Below, piece by piece: positions 10,336-23,376 of a stretch of 64,000 nt of DNA. The stretch spans positions 12,340,238 through 12,404,237 of the forward strand of contig OZ316892.1 of NCBI GenBank assembly GCA_973895155.1, written 5' to 3'. How positions within the stretch are numbered: the stretch's first letter is position 1; each line of letters opens with the position of its first letter. This DNA is from Marsupella aquatica (Eukaryota; Plantae; Marchantiophyta). The position numbers and the translations under genes are program-made. Under the pieces are notes generated by a model. It made no database searches and had not been told where the DNA came from. It was given only the letters and a program-made list of their open reading frames with translations.

Positions 10336-13081
10336 GCATTTGCCAGCTCGGATGCGTCTGCCAGCTCGCAAAAAGGTTCCGCGTCTCCAGCTTTGATTCG
10401 ATTGCCTCTCTCTCCGGACCTTCACTTCACTCCTCGTGCCTGCCAATTCATCATCACTCCTTCCTTGTCCTCCCATCCGCCCGCTCAAGGAGAAAAAGGC
10501 CCACGCTCGCCATCGCTGCGTTTCTGTACTGCCCTGTGCTGCCCTGCAGGACGCGCGACCTGTGTTCGAGACTCCAATTCCGAAAGCTGGTCTGTCAGCC
10601 CGCTTTTTGCTGCTCACCTGCACCCATCGGGAGGCCGCCAGGCGAGAACAATTAGTAGAATTTGTTTACTGGCAGGATTGCAGGAAGACCTGTTTCTTGG
10701 CTTTCGATTGATCGGTCAACCGTCGGCAGGGATTGCTTGCAAATGAGCTTATGTTCCTAATCATTCTGTCATCTCCGTTCGTGCGAAACCCTAGCACCTT
10801 AGCACCCGACTTTGGGCTCGAGGTCCATAGAGAGATCCAGCCTCGGTAGGCGTCATTGAGACGAATCATTGCCAAAAGAGTTGGTAGCTCTTGCATGCGC
10901 ATGGTGTTAACTGTCATCCTCAAGGGCATGAATTGCGGCATGAGAACGCGTCGCTGGTGATAGTCTCTGGCAATTCAAGATTTCCGCATACCATTTGTCG
11001 CTCCTCCTGGGAAATGTGAAGGTGCACCTGTTACGAAGAGTGGTGTGTCACTGCGAGTGGGATGCGGTGCTGAGTAGAGAACGAACTGCCATTTATGCTC
11101 ACTCTAACTTCGTCAAAAACAGTGTCTTCTGTTGAGCTGGAACATAGATTCGAAAGAACTGTAGTTGGACTGGACTTCGTAAATCAGTAGTGGTGTTCTC
11201 TGATCAGCTGGAATTCAGGGGGGGAAACGCCAGGGCGCGTACCGAGTAAACGAGTGAACATTGAAACAGATTGAAGCGGAAGTGCAGGGCTACCGTGCGG
11301 ACGGTGCCATTGCATCTGCAATGCTAGGAGATGACACAAAGGTCGGCGCTGGGATCTCTCTCTCTCCCTCTCTCTTTTATCGTGTTGTCGGGTAGGTCAG
11401 TGTTTGTGTGCCCCTGCATTTCACGGCCCGCGAGACCATTATACGTTCGGACTTCTTTTTTATCGTTTTTGCTTAGCAAAGATACTTGAGTACATGATTG
11501 CTCAACGGTAGTCCGTTGCTCTGCGTTTCCTCTCTAGACGCCTTTTTAGGCATTCCGTGCCCGACTCTTATTGTTCAGATGTCATGTGGTCAGAGATTTT
11601 ATGCACTCACCTCGATTTGTCTATTTGACGTGTATGGTGAGGGAGGAATCACACAATGTATGTATTTGAAGATCATGAATGTAAGTGTTGAGGGAAGAGG
11701 TGGATGGAGGAATGGCAGCCTTCGCTCTTTTGGTACTTCATATTTTGTAGGCAGTCTTGACGGTTTGTTAGCTGGCGATTGGGGGTCGAAACTTGCCCTT
11801 TGCGAGATTAGAGACACGTGCTTACATGTTTTCCTTAAGTGTAATGTCGAGCTTCGTGAAGAGAATGTCTTTCTGTCCTCTCCGACTGTATGGTGGTGCA
11901 AAGAGACTGACAGGTCAGAGGACGATTTGAGTGAACCGGATACTACGAGTGGATGGTCTATTACTCGGGCTGATGCACTCCAGATCAAGATTCATCACCT
12001 CACGATCTTCGATCTTACTTTCGCCCTCAGTGAATTGTCTAAAAATCGAGTGTGACGTTTGTCAAGTACTTGAAAGCAACGCTTGTGTTTGTGAGTCGCG
12101 CAAGGCATGGCTTAAAATATTTTGGGATTAGTGACTGATTGACTTATTGGCGCCCCGGGGTTCCTCCACACACAGGCATACGTAACCCGGAGAATCAGGA
12201 CCTGCAACAACGGAGACAGGCATCAAATGTGCGGATTCACTTGGATTGTTATGAGGGAGGTCCCATTTTCTGTTGCCGTGAAGAGGGGATAGATTAATTG
12301 ACAGATATCTGCTTGCGACGGGCCGACCACGTCTACTAGGTCGCTCGAGTAGGTATGCCGGGATCGCCTTTTTCTCGTCGCAGGAGTCCGCCAACACGTG
12401 GTGCTGCACGCGCTTGGTCCTTCGGAGGTACTTCCCTTTGCACGTCTATTCCAAGGGTTGAAATTTAAATCTTCCGTAATTCGGCCAAATTGATGAACAT
12501 ATCCTGGAGCTCCACACTTCTCTGCCGGGGAGCACCTACTAGCAACAAATCTCACTAATCGATTTTTGAGAGATATCTTGAATCGGTGTCATATTTCGCC
12601 CATGTGTTCTGGTCTCATGCTTGTTTCAAGCTGTCTTCTCTTGTCTCGTTCCACCGCTCTCGTTCCTCTTGTCTGCATCCACTTGTCTCTTTCCATCGAA
12701 GTCGCAAGGTCTGTAGTTGAATGAACACGATGCTGTTGTTTTCTGCGAATCTGAGCGCAATTTAAGGTTAGATAGTCCTCCAGGACAAGGATCACAAGAG
12801 GCAGAATTTGCCATAGATACTTGAGTTCTCATAGCATTGAAGCGCAATCTTAGGGGTAAGGGAGAGGTTACGTTCAATTGCTTCTGATCTTGAAGTGACA
12901 GGATAGGAAATACCATCCATGCAGTTTCGGCGGGTAAATGAGGCTTGCTAGGCTTCTTGGCACTGAAGTGATGCGTAGATCTACTTGATGTGCCGTTAGT
13001 AACTTTACAGCTGGAGATGTTACTTTCAGGTAGATTCTAAAGACGTCCATTTGGTCAACCTGTTCAGGATTTGATTACGGA

Positions 13082-16000
13082 ATGGCTCGACCGAGGTCAC
13101 AACTGGTGGTGAAAGTTACGGTTGCATTCATTCTCACTGCACTCTGCATGTTTATATTAAGACAGTCATCTTCTTCTACGACAGTGAATGTGGTAAGTTT
13201 GAATTGTCTAGGGTTTGCTCTGCTATGAAAATGCTGGAAGTGCAAGATGCATGTTGGGCACGGGTCTCAACATGCTCTTTGGTTTCACTTATTGAGATTA
13301 AAGGATGGACAACAGATTAAGGTAGAATGGCCAACTAGACATTTTGAGGAAAAAAGAAAGAAAATTAAGCCTTACTCCCACGTGCTTGTTGACTCAAGTT
13401 ATTTCCACGGATACCTTTTCCTTTGGCAGTTCTCAACACGCGAAGAGGGTGTGAAACATGTGCTCGTCACAGGAGGTGCCGGATTCATAGGGTCACATGC
13501 TACCATGTTGCTTTTGGAAAACAACTACCGGGTCACAATTGTGGTACAATACCTCATTCTTGCGTGGAGTCCTGAAGATATTCTCTTTTGAAATTTAGTG
13601 TTGGTAGGTAATTAGGCTAAAAGGATATGGCAGAAGCTACGTGGACATCTTCGTAACAAATTGCTGCTTTTCAGCAACCGCCCTTCGTTTTTGGTGCTTG
13701 GTATTGCAAGTTTACTTTCCTTTCTAACAAGCTGCTGCGGGGCACTGATTCCAAAAGATATACAATGCAGATTATGCAGCTCGGTTTGATATCTTCTGTT
13801 TTCTCTGTCCAGGATAACCTTTCTCGTGGCAATCTGGGAGCTGTACACACATTGCAAAAGTTGTTTCCTGATCCAAATCGTTTGCAGTTTATATATGCGG
13901 ATCTTGGAGATGCCAAAGCTGTATCCTCTCATTTTGTGACATTTCAGTTAGAGAAGATTGATGTCCATCTCTGAAAGGTATGTTGCGGTGAAGACTGATA
14001 GAGTTGAGAAGCCCTTCCTTGACAAAGCTGGCAGGTTGATGATATCTTTACAAGGAATGCGTTTGACGCCGTGATCCATTTTGCTGCCATTGCATACGTT
14101 GGGGAGAGCATGGAAGAGCCTTTAAGGTAAGTTCACATTTTTTTTTAACTCTGCATGTCTCTTTAGTAGCTTATGTGGGTCAAACTATTTGTCTATGTCA
14201 TGAGTGCGGGGTAATGACGTGTGAGAGCTAAGGATTGTAAAAAAATCTTTCCTAGTAGTCTTGATATATAAGATCTGATATGTTGCTCAAATCAACTGTT
14301 GGTCACAGTTCATTGAAGTCTGCTGTAGATGATTAAAGGGTCGTTCAACATCCGTTCTTCCTCTCCTTCGCTACTCCACTTAATTATCTGGTTTCTTCGG
14401 AGAGTGAAAAGGAAGTTTATTTGCTTGGATGCTGATAGGTACTACCATAATATCACCACCAACACTCTCATAGTTGTGGAGGCAATGGTAAAGCATAAAG
14501 TAAACACCCTCATATATTCAAGCACATGCGCAACTTATGGGGAACCTGAAGAGATGCCTATCACTGAAGAAACCCCGCAGGTAATCCTGGAATGTTTCTG
14601 AAAACTTGCTGCATTTTTTAATATTGCAAAAAGCTAATTTTACTGCCAGAGTACGGTGTATTTTTGGATCCTGGGAAAAATTGTACGGGCTTGATGTCAG
14701 ATACACTTCCAAGATCAGTTGTTTCCCCTACATATGGTTTTTAGTCAGGTGGCGAAGGCTTTAGTTCCCAGTCGTCAGTTTCTGGCTCCAGCCCATGTGT
14801 GGATACATACTTGAAATTTGTGCAGTAAGATTGGTGTGGTTGTTGACCTATTAGGATGCTTACGTACCGTCTCATGACACAAATCGAAGGAAACATTACG
14901 TTTTAAGGCTTTATTTTGTTGTCTGAATGCCTAGGGTGTACAAGTACAGTATAAATCTGAAACGTTTTAGACGTATTTGGACTTTCTCTTTAGGTACCAA
15001 TAAATCCATACGGAAAGGCAAAGAAAATGGCAGAGGATATCATCAAAGACTATGCAGCTACCAACAATCAGATGGCAGTTACAATATTGCGGTTAGTACC
15101 CTTGAATACATTGAACTCAGATTGATGCATGACTCGTGAACACGAATGTCTCTCAGGTCAGTCAACAGCAACTAGCGAACCCTAGCCTCTCTGTTACTGT
15201 ATTGTGGTTAGCACCCTTGACAGATTGAACTCAGATTGTTGGATGATTGGTGAACACGAATGTATCTCAGTTAGTCACCAGCTACGAGCGAACCCTAACC
15301 CTCTGTCAGGGCTACTGACACTAGGAGTTGGCGACATGTATACACAGATAATCTCTTTCATTCATTCAGTACAGTCTGATTCGATGGCCCCAGTGGGTCG
15401 TCGTGGACCTTAAATAAGTACATTCATTCTCTCTACATTACTCCTAACATCTTAATATTGGAACGATAGGTACTTCAATGTGATTGGCTCTGATCCGGAA
15501 GGAAGGCTTGGAGAAGTACCACGGAAAGAGCTTCGGCGCCATGGGCGAATTTCTGGTGCCTGCTTCGATGCTGCAAAGGGCGAGCTGCCTGGGCTAACGG
15601 TACACTTTTAGTTGCAATATTTTAGTTCGGCGTTCAAGTCTAAACTTCTGAATTAACAAGTACTCTTAGGACAATCCCGTACTTATTCCTTACAATTGCT
15701 ACCATTGTAAATAATTTTCGGGGCTCCTCTTTGAGTAAGCTATCCTTATATGTTTTTGTGTTTCTTGCAGATAAGGGGGGACGATTATGACACGAAAGAT
15801 GGAACATGTATAAGGGATTACATCCATGTGACTGATTTGGTGGATGCACATGTTAAGGCATTGGACAATGTAGAGCAAGGAAAGGTGGAAATTTACAATG
15901 TGGGCACTGGCAAGGGTAAGTCTCATTGTAATCTCTTCTTCGCCGTTAGTCCCTCTGTCTTGCACTCTCTCTGAGTTGGGAAGCAGAACTCAAAATTGAC

Positions 16001-16494
16001 TTCACAATAGCATGACGTGTCTTCTGCAGTGTGTGAATTTTCAAGCTCAATTGTGTGAATATTCACCTGTCAATGATGAAGATTATCTGGTAAAATGCGA
16101 AATTCTCATAAAGAGGTGTTACTCTCATTGTTGGACGGAGGGAGTATTGTTTTCAAATTCTTCGCAAATTAACTGAATAGCAATTGATTATCTCATACAC
16201 ATATTATGAAGGGTGTCGTTTGTCATTTGATCTCATCTCTGACCTTTTGCAGGACTGTCAGTGAAACAGTTCGTCGATGCTTGCATAGCAGCTACTGAAA
16301 CGAATATCAGTGTGACCATTTTAGAGAGAAGACCAGGTGACTATGCTAAGGTTTATAGCGATCCGCGAAAGATCAATCAGAAGCTGAATTGGGCTGCAAA
16401 ACATACGAACCTTACTGAGACCCTCAGCGTGGCTTGGAAGTGGCAAAAAGCACATCCTGATGGGTACAAAACCCCATTGTCAGCTATTGTCTGA
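13082..16494 (+). CDS. MUR4: UDP-arabinose 4-epimerase (UDP-D-xylose 4-epimerase, MUR4/UXE-like), type II membrane SDR, 9 coding exons
   Basis: Exons 13082-13192, 13430-13543, 13813-13920, 14035-14126, 14439-14580, 14994-15091, 15470-15599, 15771-15915, 16253-16494, all GT-AG and phase-compatible. Motifs: N-terminal TM helix, [40 protein letters not shown], catalytic [32 protein letters not shown]. The true start may be slightly upstream (GFDYG precedes the ATG). Confidence 0.93.
15085..15310. repeat. Intronic tandem duplication (~115 bp) including the 5' splice donor
   Basis: TATTGCG|GTTAGTACCCTTGA...GCGAACCCTAG is repeated as TATTGTG|GTTAGCACCCTTGA...GCGAACCCTAA 115 nt later. Confidence 0.8.
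15949..16144. mobile_element. Probable Stowaway-like MITE in the last epimerase intron
   Basis: Perfect right TIR GGACGGAGGGAG followed by TA (16133-16146). Degenerate left TIR TA-GTCCCTCTGTCT (15947-15960, 3 of 12 mismatches). ~196 bp. Confidence 0.5.
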
Positions 16495-18067
16495 CAGGGT
16501 TTAGAGTGGTTGTTACTCCTGGGGACTCTGATGATCTCTTCCCTAATGAAGAAACATTCATCTGCATGATTTACTCTTGTATTTCACTCTGTCGGAAGCC
16601 AGAGAGATATGTTGCAATTCCATGACCATTTATTATTGACCTTATAGCTGTAAAATCTTCAAATATGTATAGATATATTTATTATAGATAATGTATTAGG
16701 AATCGGATTAGCAAAGTTTGTAATGTTCCAAGTGATGCGTTGGACATTTAGCTCAAGATGTACCATCTTCTGAGTTAGATGGAACGGAGGTTTGGCTCCA
16801 AATTTGGTTCTACGTTGCTTTAGAGATAATTTCCATAAAGACAGTGGATAACAGTGGCCCTTTCTACACACCAACATACAGCTGTGGGGAGGCTTCACCT
16901 TGGAGACAAGTCTCTTCATTAAACTTGATAAATTATCTGGTCGTTGATGACCTGCTGGTGATGCAGGATCCTGATTAGCAGGTTTACTTCCTCCGGACAT
17001 TGTTTCATGAGACCTGCTAGTAATTCTTGTGGAATGTGTTCTAGTTGATGCTCAATTGTGAATTCTATTTAGCAGATCATCATTGATAGAAAGTCATAAA
17101 CCTGTTTTACGTTGGGATACAGTATGAGTAAGCACTAGCTATCAATGATCGCGCCTATTGCACATGGACAGGCTGATATTAATATCGCGAAGGGGTCTTT
17201 CCATGGATGACAAAGCCCTGCTATACACGAGGCTAATGAAGATGGAGCGTCCTGTTTGCCAGAATGTTGTTAGGTACAAAAGCTTGTGGATAATAATATT
17301 TGCCACGGTCCATGGTCACAAAACGGGCTGAACGAAAGCCACCGTCGTGTCGATGGGACCAGAGGTATCAAAATGTTGTGCGGAACCACTTAAAACTGAA
17401 AAATGGTGTTGAAAAATGTCAAGATGATGAGCAAAGACTGGGTTTCAGGTACAAACCTATCGCATATTTCTCCAAATAAGTTGGAAAGGACAAGGGCGAG
17501 CAAAAAAAGCGATAAGAAATTCGCTTGTTTTGCTCCATTTGCTACTTTTGCTCGCCCCTTCTTAAGCGATGAGCTAATGCCTTCATGTACATCTCAATAA
17601 TTTTGGCCTTACACCCATAATCCCTTTGTAAGCCAAAAAGAAGGTGAAAAAAGTGCAAAACTATGTGGAAGGAGGTCTGAAATGGTTTTTCCTAGGCAGC
17701 TCTCACTCATAGATTTGGGTGCTGGCTATAACATGAAGTAACTAGAGTAGATCTTACTCCCTATTGTTGACCGCATAGCATCTCACATGTTATAAGGAAG
17801 AATTCACATATTTTAGTAATGAAGGTTGCAATGAATTGTAATTTTTAGATTTAGTAATGAATAAAAGAGGAGAATGAGTGATGACTCTTTCTGGACAAAA
17901 AGTGGCATAACATGACAAAACCAACACAAAAGTTAACACATAGTAGCGACCATATTCATGTATCAAGTTTTTCAAACTAAGCACCAACACTAGGGAAAGT
18001 CGTGAGTTTACTGAAAAGCTTACTCTTCCTAATATTTTATAGTGGGTAATAAGTCCTGGGATAGAAA

Positions 18068-18206
18068 ACCAATAGAAATTCTCCTCCCTGTGCAAGACAG
18101 TCGTCCACAGAAAGAACACATTCGACAACAGATGACCAATATAAATTCTCCTCCCTGTGCATAAAAGTCGCCCACCACAGAAAGAACACATTCAACAACA
18201 ACAGAT
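18068..18206. repeat. Tandem duplication ~67-70 bp x2
   Basis: ACCAATA.AAATTCTCCTCCCTGTGCA...CCACAGAAAGAACACATTC.ACAACA at 18068 and 18135. Confidence 0.85.
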
Positions 18207-18404
18207 GGGAGTTCTGATTCTGTACTCAGCCCCTGGTTGTCCACTTTGTGGCCCTGCTTTGATCCTCTCTCCCTCCTGGTGCGGTCCCTGTCAGATCCCT
18301 GTTGGATCCGTGGGGGCTCACCCTTAACTTGGTTCCCTACAACGAATGTATGTCACCAAGAGACTACGAAATGTTCTTCCTCATCTCCGTTCAAGACAAA
18401 AAAA
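18206..18404 (+). mobile_element. 5'-truncated copy of the SINE at 4936-5248
   Basis: Shares CCCCTGGT.GTCCACTTTGTGGCCCTG.TTT.ATCCTCTCTCC, GGGGCTCACCCT, GGTTCCCTACA and the 3' end TCCGTTCAAGACAA(A)n. The tRNA-like head is missing. Confidence 0.8.
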
Positions 18405-19443
18405 CGAAAGACCAAATTCAACAAAAACAGAAACTCTACAAGGGCATTCAACTATGAATAGGAACAAACGGGGCCACAATTCTGTAGGTCAACTCCCTGC
18501 AACTCGAGCCCTCTTTGTTTTCTATGACTACTTCAAACCCTAAAGCACCTGGTCAAGGGAGGTCCTACAGGTTACAATCTTGGTTTCTCTTCTCTCGCAA
18601 AGGAAGGAAAGAGGACACACAGAGAAGTCGGACAGTCTAATTCTTAGCACATCCATAAGTTTGATGAATTCGATCGTCTGTTGTAGTCAAAGCTTTACCT
18701 CTATTGTCATCCCTTACGTATTGTGGCAGATGTATGTCACGAGAGATGGATTTCCAGAGGAGTAAACGAATCTACTTGACAAACAACATGAGGTGAAAGC
18801 GGATAGCTCATCAAAAGAGGCTCAGTTGCAGACACACTGGACAAATTGCTCATGCAACTGTTTTTGGAAAAGAAAGAACGCAATTGACAGAGATTCGGTG
18901 GCACAACACCCTGTTCTCATCTTGTAAAGCAAGAGATACTTCTTAAATGCAACGATTTACAAACCTTGCCAAATATCAACAAGAAGACCAGGCAATGACT
19001 CCAAACTCATGGTCTACTTCAAACAGAGCCCACAGCGATCCGAACCAACTGAGTGACGAGGGGCAGCCACCGACAGGCAGCATTCAAGAGAATCATTGAG
19101 GAGGAGAGATAATCCCATGCCCGTAAGTTTATTGTACTCAATGCAGGCTGCCCATGCACTCAGTGGATCCAGACAAGAACTCCAAATTGTACTCCACAGG
19201 TACCCTAATGTTAGAGAGCAGTTTTCTCCCACTGTTATCCTACATACTCAACTCAATTGGACAATAACCAACTGATTTTTTATCAAGTTCCTGAAGCGCA
19301 GCCTCGGAATCATGGCAAATCATCTATCTTCGTTGCTCGTGCTCAACCAAGCCTCACAATCCATCCAGACAGATAAATTTGACCTTCACCCTAAAGTGTA
19401 GAAGGCTCTTTCACAAAGCATATGCCAGTTACATCCTAGTGAT

Positions 19444-19718
19444 TCGAGAACGGCAGGTAACACTGCGAGAGACTATGGCCATCTCTGGCTGTAAACAAGA
19501 GAGCCTCGCTCCCAAAGTTCTGTTAATACCACTCTCATCTTATCCAACGAAATGGGTTTCAGCGCAACCCCGTCCATTCCCAAATTCATGCACCTCTCCC
19601 TTGTCGCCCTGTCGGTGTTAGCAGTTAATGCTACAAGCAGTGGCCTCTCATGACGAGCAAATTTCTCCTGGATGCGAACTGCTACCTCATACCCATCCAT
19701 ATCCGGCATGCAGACATC
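19444..19718 (-). repeat. 273-bp tandem duplicate of the 3' end of the ETR1 last exon (C-terminal half of the receiver domain)
   Basis: 19444-19718 matches 19717-19991 with 5 substitutions by eye. The junction has TC microhomology. Confidence 0.95.
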
Positions 19719-19745
19719 GAGAACGGCAGGTAACACTGCGAGAGA

Positions 19746-22700
19746 CTATGGCCTTCTCTGGCTGTCAACAAGAGAGCCTCGCTCCAAAAGTTCTGTTAAT
19801 ACCACTCTCATCTTATCCAACGAAATGGGTTTCAGCACAACCCCGTCCATTCCCAAATTCATGCACCTCTCCCTTGTCGCCCTGTCGGTGTTAGCAGTTA
19901 ATGCTACAAGCAGTGGCCTCTCATGACGAGCAAATTTCTCCTGGATGCGAACTGCTACCTCATACCCATCCATATCTGGCATGCAGACATCCAGTAGCAA
20001 AACTTTGAATGTCTGCCCCGGTTGAGAAATGGCTTGAAGGCAATCTCTGCCAGAACTAACAACCGTGACTTCACATCCAAGGCGGATAAGAAGGCCCCTC
20101 GTCACCATCCGATTGACACTGCAAGACCATCAATATTTAAACAAGACATCTTAACAACGAATTAATTTCACAAAACCTCCTCCATATCAATCAACGCAAT
20201 TTGCTATTCGTAAGGCAGTTCATGGATAATTCGCAGTGAGCTTTCCTGATACAACAGTGCGCGTGATAGAAGAGAACATATTATGCGGTAAACACAATCT
20301 GTACATACCCATTGTCATCTGTTACAAGCACCCTTACACCACTGAAGTCGGTGCGGAGGTTACTGGTTTGTACAGACGCGGGCATTTGCCGATCAACATC
20401 TAAGACTTGCTCTGGGAGCCCAAGCTTCACTATAAAAATTACCGTTGAACCTTGCCCTAATCCTTCGCTCTCAATCCAAATGTGTCCCTCCATCAAATTC
20501 ACAAATCTGCAACCACATGAGAATAATACGACTTTCTTTAAGTACTTCTAATGCAAAACACTTAACAGGACAACAGACCATGGTACTTCAAAGAGTTTAA
20601 ACACATGCAAGGATCTCACAATAGCGGCCACCTCACATTCAAAAGAAACACGCAATGATTATGTATCTCAAGCCCAACTCGCAAGTGGTGTTCTCACAAG
20701 ACGAGTCCTTCGCTTCTGTAAGGACAGAAAGTACAGTGTGGAAACCAGAAAGATCTCTTATTTAGTACACGGGCACATTTAACGTTCCTTTGGTTTCAGG
20801 ACTCCCACATGCGAGTTGGCCCTTAGACAAGCAATATCTTTCAGGAGACCATTGTGTGAATGTTTCGGGTGAAGAACTCCAAGTCTCAATTTCCAAGGTC
20901 CCCCCACCTTTTGCAGATTGCAAGTCCAAGACCAGTGCCTCCATAGTTTCTAGTGGTTGTTGAGTCGGCTTGTACAAACTTGTTGAACAGCTTGGGAATA
21001 TCTGGCGGATTTAGCCCAAGTCCAGTGTCACGGACCTACACGAAAATTTAGCTCGAGAGGTAAGACATTATTTAACCCCAAACCTAGACTACTTGATCCG
21101 AGCCAACTTAAGAGTGCATAGCAAAGCAAGAACGACAAACAAGCCCAATTGCAGTACTAAGCTGGTCACACCTTGACTCTGAGGTAACAATGGTTGTCTC
21201 CGTGGATAGGTTGGAAATCAGGATACCGAGGGTCTCGTAAATATTCAGGCCTTTCGATACACACACTGACTGTAACACTACCCTCTTTTGTGAACTTCAC
21301 TGCATTGCCGACAACGTTAAGAGCAGTTTGCATAAGTCGTTTCTCATCACCAACTGCAAATTCAGGGACCTCCAAATGCAATTTGAGAGACACCAACAGC
21401 TTCTTGACAGAGGCGATTGGCTTGACAAGGTTCATCACCTACAGATAAACCAACCAAACACGACGAGAATGAATGTGAAGAATACATACAGTAAAGATTT
21501 TATCAGAAACCTAAATGGGAACCAGCCTCAGGCACAAATGGGCACCATATCTTAGTCAATCAATGTGACTAATGAATTCAACCATTATCAGAATCTGACT
21601 AGAACATACATGATCGCTACAGAACTGCGGAAATTCCAACTGAAACTCGAATCACTGGAGGACTGTCGAAAGGCAACCCAAACAACACCTTCACTGTCAG
21701 AAGACTAGACATGCACAGAAAGCCCTCGAAAAAATGACACGTACCTCTCTGAAAACCGCCGGCAAGTTGAAAGTCCTCTTTTCCAGTTCAAGGCTTCCAT
21801 CCTCAAGTCTGGAAAGATCCAGGACATCATTAATAAGCGTAGCTAGCAGGTTGCTACTCTTGAGCACAGTCTCCACCATAGACCTCTGTTCAGGTGTCAT
21901 TTCTGTCTCTTGCAGTAGCGAGGACAATGCTATGATCGCATGCATAGGAGTGCGCATCTCATGATTCATAACTCCGAGAAAATCATTTCGAGCTCGAATA
22001 GCAGTCTCTGCCTCCCTCCGAGCCATGTCCAAAGCAACATTTTGTTCCATGAGAAGATCCCTTGCCCTCATAGACTCTTCCAAAATTGCTGCATGAGAGA
22101 GAGCTACAGCGACCTATGCGACCCAACATCCAACCAACAGAATTCCAGTTAAAAAATCTTCAAACACTGCAATTTCTAACAAAAATTCAGAGAGTTCCAG
22201 CTCACCCAAACTCTTGGAACCTGTTACAGGGGCCCTAAATCGGAATGACCCAGTCATCATTCTTCGATACGCTAGTAACCCATGCAAAGCTAAGAGCAAA
22301 ACACAAGCACTGCGGTTTTCCTAAAACTAGAGCAAGAACATCTGGATCACTGATAGTCACAAGGGGAATTCACCCTAGCAGATAGGTTAGCCAATGCCTG
22401 AAAAACTAAGAGACGCGCGCTATCTAGTCTACGAGGAACCCTTCTCAAAGTCGTCAGTAAGAAAGATTACCTGATCAGCAACCACCTCCACGAGTTCTAG
22501 CTCATGCACATGCCACCTTCTTGCACTATCCGATGGTAGCATCAAAACCAGAAGGGCATAAGGCCGCTTTGAAGACTCGGGCCAGTCCTCGATGTGGAAA
22601 TTGGTAAGATGCAGAAGAGGCACACGCACTGCCACAACATCTCCAATCATATATTTCCCTGTCCGTGGCCTAGTGACAGCAACAGGACTGTTTGGAGAAA

Positions 22701-23376
22701 TGACAACTGCTCGATTGCTGCTAAAAACCTGCTTAATGGTTGGGTGATGAACAGGTACAGTGGTGGGTACTGAGCTGTGTTGTCGCAATGTGTGAGAAAG
22801 CTGAAGTTCTACACCTGTCCTGTTGGGCATCCATAAAGTGCATTCTTCCAAACATAAAGTTTTCCTCAACTCTACCAAAGTAGTGTTCAAGATTGTGTGT
22901 CGGTCTAAGGTACTCCGAATCTCATGAGTCAACATTCGAACATGTCGCCCTGTTTCTTCTTGTGTCCGGATGAGACCCATCTCTCTGTCCAACTCTGCTG
23001 CCTTGTTCTTCAAAAACAACTCCCTGGTCTTTACACTTAGCAGATCCGGGATAATATGAACCAACATGAGGGCAGTGGCACATGACACAACAGCGGTCAA
23101 AACCTTCGAAATGGTCATTACTAAAGCAACTGTTTTCGAGTGCCTGGTGAAGGTCCACAAGCTGATAAGATGAGTAGCTCCACATAGTACAATAAATGCT
23201 CCAAACTGAACCAAAACCCATCTGTAAGGGAAAACAGCAGACTTTTTCACGAAGTAGATGAGTTCCAGCGGGATGGAAAAGTAAGCCAACGCAATGAAAA
23301 AGTCCGAAATATACTGATATCTCATCAACAGATCTTCCGCAGACCATAGTGGCTCCAAACAGCAGTGGTCCCCCAT
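19746..23376 (-). CDS. ETR1: Ethylene receptor, subfamily 1 (ETR1-type hybrid histidine kinase with receiver), 6 coding exons
   Basis: Exons 23376-22471, 22113-21745, 21438-21172, 21035-20908, 20506-20309, 20118-19746. N-terminal Cys pair, three TM helices ([22 protein letters not shown] copper site), GAF domain, H-box NHEMRTP, N/G1/F/G2 boxes (GNAVKF, DTGLG, GTGLGL), and receiver LLDVCMP and KP. Confidence 0.97.

Noticed and set aside
10222-12916. Several 90-185-aa ORFs upstream of the epimerase CDS
   Set aside because: No recognisable domains, mostly non-ATG starts, and overlapping on both strands. Probably 5' UTR or intron sequence of the epimerase gene.
19473-19736. Independent response-regulator gene downstream of ETR1
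   Set aside because: It has only half a receiver fold, a non-ATG start and ~98% identity to the adjacent exon. It is explained by tandem duplication.
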